DNA of 64,000 nt, taken from NCBI RefSeq assembly GCF_009914755.1, contig NC_060944.1. One strand, written 5' to 3'. Each line of letters starts with the position of its first letter. Positions within the stretch are counted from its first letter, which is position 1. The stretch is from the human T2T-CHM13v2.0 reference genome, Homo sapiens. The position numbers were made by a program, and so were the translations under genes. Of this stretch, positions 51,181-64,000 are shown piece after piece. The notes beneath the pieces are model-generated. The model made no database searches and had not been told where the DNA came from. It saw only the letters and a list, made by a program, of their open reading frames with translations.

Positions 51181-52442
51181 AATGTCCAGAGCAGCCTGGG
51201 GACTGACACTGCCACGCTCTTACTTGGAATGTGTGTAGCTTTCCAGAGAATGAGTTAAGGTGTGTGTTGAGGGGCTGGGAGCGAGCAGTGCTGGCACACC
51301 AGCAGAACTGAGGAGTTCAGTCTAGAGTTGGGTACATCTTGAGCTGAATCTCTAAGGCCTTCAGTTTCCTAGATCTGCTTCCCTCGGAAGCACTTAGGAA
51401 ACAGGGCCTCCCTCCACAGGACAGCCCCCCGGGTCTGCAAAGGGGTATGTGTTTCCTCCTTAGGCACGGATGTGCCTTGTCCTCTCTTCTCCCACACTTA
51501 GAGTAACCTGTGAATAATTTGATGGGTGAAATAACCCACTGTCTGGGACACCATTTTTGGTGTGGCTTTATGGGTGCCTATGTACCGTGTATATGTATGT
51601 AACATGTAACATGTAACCCTGCTCAAAAAGGTTAGAACTCACCCAGTCAGCTAGCGACTCCAGAATAATCAGATACATGTTCCCCCAAGGTACCACAAGA
51701 TGGCAGCACATGCACACAGCATTTCAAGCTCCTGCACACTGAGATGACAGCAATTAATCTGCCCTCTAATAATGCCTCTGCCATCCTGGAAAGCCCTACA
51801 CTCAAACGGTTATGATGCCTGTTTCTATGATGATGTGTTGCAAACACACGCAGCATTTCTGAGGTAGATGAAGAGATTCAAAGGGTAACAGGAGATTATG
51901 TAGTTCAGAATTCTTCACCTTTTTTTAAAAAAATTATTTATTTATTTATTTATTTATTTTTAATAGAGACAGGGTCTCACTATGTTGCCCAGGCTAGTCT
52001 TGAATTCCTGGGCTCAAGCGATCCTCCCCCCTCGGCCTCCCAAAGGGCCGGGATCACAGGCGTGAGCCACTGAGTGTGGCCAGAATTCTTCACCTTTTGG
52101 TGCAGAGTGTGTATGTCGCACCTGAAGCCAGAAGTCAACGATACTCGATGAAAGGGTTTGTTCCGCGCAGATGACCTACTTGGGTTCATGGCTTGCATGT
52201 GTTATAATTGCTGCTGTTTATTTCCTGAAAACTTAGACGATTTGGGGCACATTATCGATGCCTTACAGGCATGGTCGCATTAAACTTTACTGCAGCCATC
52301 TGTCATAGTGATTATTATCCTCATTTTACAGATGGGGAAAGAAAGTAGACCTTCAGGCACCTTGGTAATGGCACGCACAGCGAGTAGAGGCAGAGAGAAC
52401 CTGCTTCCCTGACGGCCCACACTCCCCCGGCACACAAGGCTC

Positions 52443-52456
52443 CCTCTAGGTGGCGC
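52443..52456 (+). promoter_or_regulatory. CTCF motif next to a MIR remnant, in a small CpG-retaining patch
   Basis: CCTCTAGGTGGCGC fits the CTCF core; ETS-like GCGGAAGT lies ~20 bp downstream. Confidence 0.6.
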
Positions 52457-52798
52457 GCGCGTCTCAGCTTCTACTGCGGAAGTCTCGGTTATGTGATTAT
52501 GTATACGCTCAATCCTACACCAATTGAGAATGGCCCTTAGCTTGGAATTAGTAAGAACAGTAATTAGCAATTTATTGTCAGAAAAAAGTTCATAAGATTA
52601 TCGGCCGCAGTCTCTTTGCTGCACATCTTTCTCATCTTGACAGGACAGCCACAGGGAATCCAGGTCTTCTCCACCACCCCAGGCTCAGCAGTTCATGCTT
52701 ACCCACCCAGCTCAGGCACAGATGCGACGTTCAGCTTAGCAACATTCAGCTTAGGATCGGGTAAACAGGCAGAGCTTTCTCTCTCTCTCTCTGTCTCT

Positions 52799-53137
<339 letters not shown>

Positions 53138-53200
53138 TTTTTTTCTTTCTTTCTTTTTAATGTGGAAAATTCCAAATCCTATCAGAGCATATTTGGCATG

Positions 53201-53231
<31 letters not shown>

Positions 53232-54689
53232 GAGACAGGGACTCACTCTGTCGCCCAGGCTGGAGTGCAGTGGCACAATCACGGATCACTGGAGCATCAA
53301 ACTCCTGGGCTCAAGCGATCCTTCCACCTCAGCCTCCTGATTACCTAAGACTATAGGCAAGCACCACCACAGCCCCTAGTTTTTATTTTTATTTTTTATT
53401 TATTTATTTTTTTGTAGAGACAGAGTCTCGCTTTGTTGCCCAGACTGGTCTTGAACTTCTGGCCTCAGGTGACCCTCTGGGCCTCCCAAAGCACTGGGTT
53501 TACAAGCATGAGCCACCATGCCAGGCCTAACATCTCTAATTTTTTAAAATTGTTTTTAACATAATGAGACCGAGCTTCACCATGTTGTCTAGACTGTTCT
53601 CAAACTCCTGGGCTCAAATGATCCACCCACCTTGGCCTCCCAAAGTGCTAGGGTTACAGGTGTGAGCCACCGTGCCCAGCCAGCATCTCTAATTTTTGAC
53701 AAGCAGACTTTTGATATGTGATTTACCTAAGTTGTGTAAAGTTATATTCAACGTTATCTGCCTTTTACAAATCAAGAAAACAGGGTATCATTAACTTTCC
53801 TAAGTGATATATTCAGGGGGAAAATGAATTTAGCAAAGTGGAGGTCTTTTGTGTCCTTTTACAGATAGTAAAATAGCATCTAGGAGAATGGGAGGTTGAA
53901 GGGAACTGTCATAGATTTGGGGTCAACTGAGGCCAGTTAGTGGCCATGACCATGAGGGACCTTAGGTGCTGCTTGCTTTCCCCAGCCAGGTTCAGCTGTG
54001 TGGGTGCAGATTCAGACTTGGAGGTGAGATGAAAATAATAAGAGGGATGTGATGGAGCAAGACAGGGCAAGGGCCTTGAGCACACACAAGGAAGAGATTC
54101 CAGCAGCTGACAGTCTCATTACAGCTGGCAGGGCAGTCAGTGAGAGCATGAGATTAGGTGGATCATGAGCAGAGAAGCTGGGATGGATGCACTGGTGGCC
54201 TCAGCACAGGGAGGGTGCCAGGGGGAGTGAACAGTGGAGGGGAATGGGACTCATGTCATTTCCGTTATGGAAAGGGTGTCGCTATTTGATAGGAGAGCTC
54301 TGGGATATGACCATGGGAATGAAAGGCTGGGGAGATGACAGGATCACTGGCAGGAAACTGAGAGGCCAGTATTTTGGAAATATTATTTACAAAGCTACTG
54401 ATATCACCAAGGACAGGAAAGTGTTAGAGAAAGTGGCAATGATTCAGAAAGTGAAATCTCCAAGGAAGAATGTTTGTACCCAGGCTTTGGTAGATGAAGG
54501 TAACCACAGGGTGTGGGAGAAACAGTTTGTTATGGGAAGGAGGAAGAATGTTCCAGGAAAGCAGCAATGACTGGCAGAAAAGACACTCACCCCACCCACC
54601 CCACCCTCAAGCCCACAGATACTCAAAAAGCACAGGGAAGAAAACATTCCCGTTTTGAGAGAGCAGTAGGGGAAGTGTGGTTTCACACA

Positions 54690-56645
<1,956 letters not shown>

Positions 56646-57056
56646 CCTAGAGAAAGAAGATGAAGGGAATGTGTAGAGAGGAGAGGTGGATGAGGACATT
56701 TAGCTGATAATTCACCAAGCAGCACAGAGGAAAAGCTGCAGGGGATGGTGAGAGCTGGAAGAAGGGCTCAGAGAGGCAGAAGCACAATTGTATGGGACAA
56801 GTGTCTCAGGGCTGAGGGATCTCCAGGGAGTCCTGGGGTTTTCGTGGTGCCTGGAATAAGCAGAGATCAGAGTTATAAAGAAGTTAAGTCCTGATTTTCT
56901 CCGTGGTGACCAAGTAGTGACCAGAAGCAGGGAGGAGGTCCAGTTCTGGCCAGAGATTCCAATTCATGCTGGAGAAAAGAAATATTTTGAAAGAAGCACC
57001 CTACAGGATTTGCTAATGAATCGGAGGTTGGGAATTAAAGTAAAAGAATCAAGGGT

Positions 57057-57625
<569 letters not shown>

Positions 57626-58729
57626 CAACTTGACTTCTGAAATTAAAAGAATTATAGATCAATCCACAGTCATCTCCCTGTCGCTTGCTGAATAACAAAG
57701 GCATAACTAACAGCTAATTGATTCTTAAGGGTGCATTTTTTTGCAGATGTATATTTCTATAGACATTTGGCTCAATCTAATATTACAGTCAATGTGTATG
57801 CCCTAGACAAATACCAGCTGACAGAGTATAAGAATTCAGAAGCCAGACTGGGGTTTCTACATTCCATAATGTGGAAATCCTATAGCAGCTACTCATCAAA
57901 AGCTTTCTACCCTCTGCTCACAAGTTGTTCTTGCCTCATTGCAGACATTTCCCTACATACCTAGAATTTTGTTTACGATGAACAGAATGTTGGGTAAGAG
58001 TCTCTTGAGCTGAAACAGTTACACCCCCGCAGCTGGGAAAAGCTATTCCCTCTGCATTAGGCCAACGGGTGAGTAAGCAATTCTCTCATCTAGACCCACA
58101 GCATAGAGAACCCTGTACAGAAATTACCCAACAACATACACTGAAAAAATAAAAAGGTAGTGGGGGGAAATTGTGTCAAATGAATCCTTCTTCTCCTTTG
58201 TAGCTCCTTGGTTAGCTAAGAAAACACGAATAAACTCTTCATTACCACTGTTTAACCCTGGACTGGTTCTGCTTTCCACTTCCCTCAGGAAGCCCACACC
58301 TCCTGATACAACCCATACCACGGTTGCCTTCCCCTCCTGGATGTCACAGAGAAGGATTTAAAAATGACTCCCGGCCAGCATGGTGTCTCATGCTCAGCAC
58401 ATTGGGAGGCCTAGACGGGAAGATTGCTTGAGGGCAGCAGTTCAAGGCAAGCCTGGGCAACATAGGGAGACCCTGTCCCTATTATTTTTTTTTTTGATGT
58501 TAAAAAAAATTTAATTTAATTAAATAAAAATGGTTCCCAAGTCAAAGAGAATAAAGAACCACAGAAGTTAGGTGTTAGATGGTCATCACTGAATTACTGA
58601 TTTTACTGACAAGGAAATTGAAACCCAGAGAATTGAACTAACTTGCTCAAGCTCAAAACTGGTTAGGAGCAGATTCAGAACCAGTGCCCTGGCGCTCCCC
58701 TACTTTTTTTTTTTTTTTTTTTTGCTTTC

Positions 58730-60780
<2,051 letters not shown>

Positions 60781-60831
60781 GGGTCACCGTTGCTGGCAAA
60801 GAGCTGTGGTCATTAGAAGTTGGTTTTATTA

Positions 60832-61459
<628 letters not shown>

Positions 61460-62225
61460 TCAAACAGAGATTCACACAGGTGGAGGCAGGATTCCAATGC
61501 ATTGCATGTTGCGGCTGTTGAGCTTCATGAGGGGGTAACCACGTGCTCACCACTGAGCCTCCAGTGCCTAGCCATGACTTGGTGAAATTCTGTCTAGTAG
61601 GTATCTCTGCGTTATGTAAAATCATGAGCAATTCCTGTACCCCAAATAGTGCCCCACAGGGAAACTGGGAACTAAACAATACAAGCTATAGCACTTCCCT
61701 GCCCATACTTGAGCTAGTCCAGTACAGGATTCACTGCCAGAGTCACAGCAAAGGAGTCATAGCGTCTGCATTTTTGCCATCAATAGTCATTGGCTTCCTT
61801 ATTTCCTAATGTTTCCCAAACTTAAAAATGATTAGTTACAAGAGGTATAAACATTTTGGGGACTCCTCTTTGAGCCAAAGTCATCTCACTAAGACTCTAC
61901 CAATGTGCTAGTGGAGTTGTTGGTCCAGACTCCACACACTTTGGTGACAACCATGAAATGCTTTCAGAGGGGAAGGTGGGTGGCACGCACCTGTAGTCCC
62001 AGCTAGGCATGGTGGCATGCGCCGTAGTCCCAGCTACTTGCGGGGCTGAGGTGGGAGGACTGTCCAACACATGGACATTGGGGAATCTTCCAAGACGCAC
62101 CTACAAATTCCCAGAAGGGACCAGCTGGGAATTTATGTGCCATGTGCATCTCTGGGATATTTCCTAAAAGAAGAGAGGCTGAGGCATGGTGCACAAATTC
62201 TGTATCTCTGGCAGAGTCCTCCACA

Positions 62226-62920
62226 TGAAACTGCCTTTGCAAAATTAGACAGAGAAATCTAACATAGCTGACTTCATCCTTCCTCTAACCTCCAAGCTGT
62301 TCTTGGTCATTTCTGGGCATAAGCCAGACTAACTTTGGGAGACATTTAGTTTATAGTTTAACCTTAGACTACCATAGCCCTTCCCAAAACTAAATCACCT
62401 TTGTAAAACTAATGAAAGGCCGCAAGGTTAGGAGAATGAGAAGGGCCCGAATTCTGCTAGGATGGAGGCGTAAAGGAAAAACAGCCATTGTTCCGGAGGT
62501 CACAAGATTTGCAACTTCCCCAATCTCTCTTGTAGATAACATCACTATTGTAGAACCTAAGATTGGTCTTTTGAGGTGTCTATTCAGACTTCTGCACTTC
62601 TGACAATTGGCTAACTCCACCCAGACTCATGACTCATGACTAAGCAGTCCTCTGGGACCCCCACTCAGAGGCAAACCATTTTCCATGCCCCTGTGATAGC
62701 ATCCCCAACCAATTAGTAGCATTCCCTAGTCCCCTGCCCACCAAACTATACTTGAAAACCGCTAAACTCAAAGCCTTCACAGGGATCAGTTTGAGTAATA
62801 ACTCCATCTCCTGTGTGGTGGTGGGTCTTGCATCAATTAAACTCTTCACTGTAATGCCATGGTCTCAGTGAATTGATTTTGTCTGTGCAATGGGGAGGAC
62901 AAGCCCATCAGGCAATTACA
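62226..62920 (+). mobile_element. Solo LTR8-family (LTR8A/8B-like) ERV1 LTR
   Basis: Starts TGAAACTGCCTTTGCAAAATT, contains TCTAACCTCCAAGCTG...CTAACTTTGGGAG, and ends GGCAATTACA. Confidence 0.85.
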
Positions 62921-63128
62921 GAAACATGCTGGGAGCCTAGGCACCTCTGCGTCTGCTATCCACATGGCCACTTCCTTCTAACACCAAGCCTGGGATATCT
63001 TCATCACACTCATTCCCCAAACCTTGGCCCTTTTCTCATGGAACAACCTTGCTGAAAGTCAGTGGAGACAGACTCTCACTACTATCTCAACTAGAGACAC
63101 TAGTTGACACAAGAAACTGTGCTTCTAA

Positions 63129-64000
<872 letters not shown>

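Overview
Primate (most likely human) non-coding, repeat-dense DNA with no intact protein-coding gene. It contains dozens of Alus, old and L1PA-type LINE-1s, L2/MIR, a hAT DNA transposon, several ERV/LTR remnants and a processed RPS18 pseudogene. The main structure not explained by known repeats is a locus-specific ~5.5-kb unit. It occurs as four clear copies (A 62-1940, partial; B 5519-11185; C 17150-22590 and D 30260-36660, both inverted) plus two older fragments (41700-41822, 47600-49060). One end of each clear copy carries a decayed AMPK/MARK-family kinase-like segment. Between C and D lies a CpG-rich promoter with three CCAACTGCC (A-MYB-type) sites, a CCAAT box and an E-box, facing a spliced minus-strand transcript. 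Taken together this resembles a meiotic, pachytene-piRNA-cluster-like lncRNA locus built from inverted pseudogene-derived duplicons (inference). From memory the layout fits human 20p12.3 (LINC00654/RPS18P1), but I have not verified this. Repeat subfamily names, boundaries and identities are by eye and approximate.
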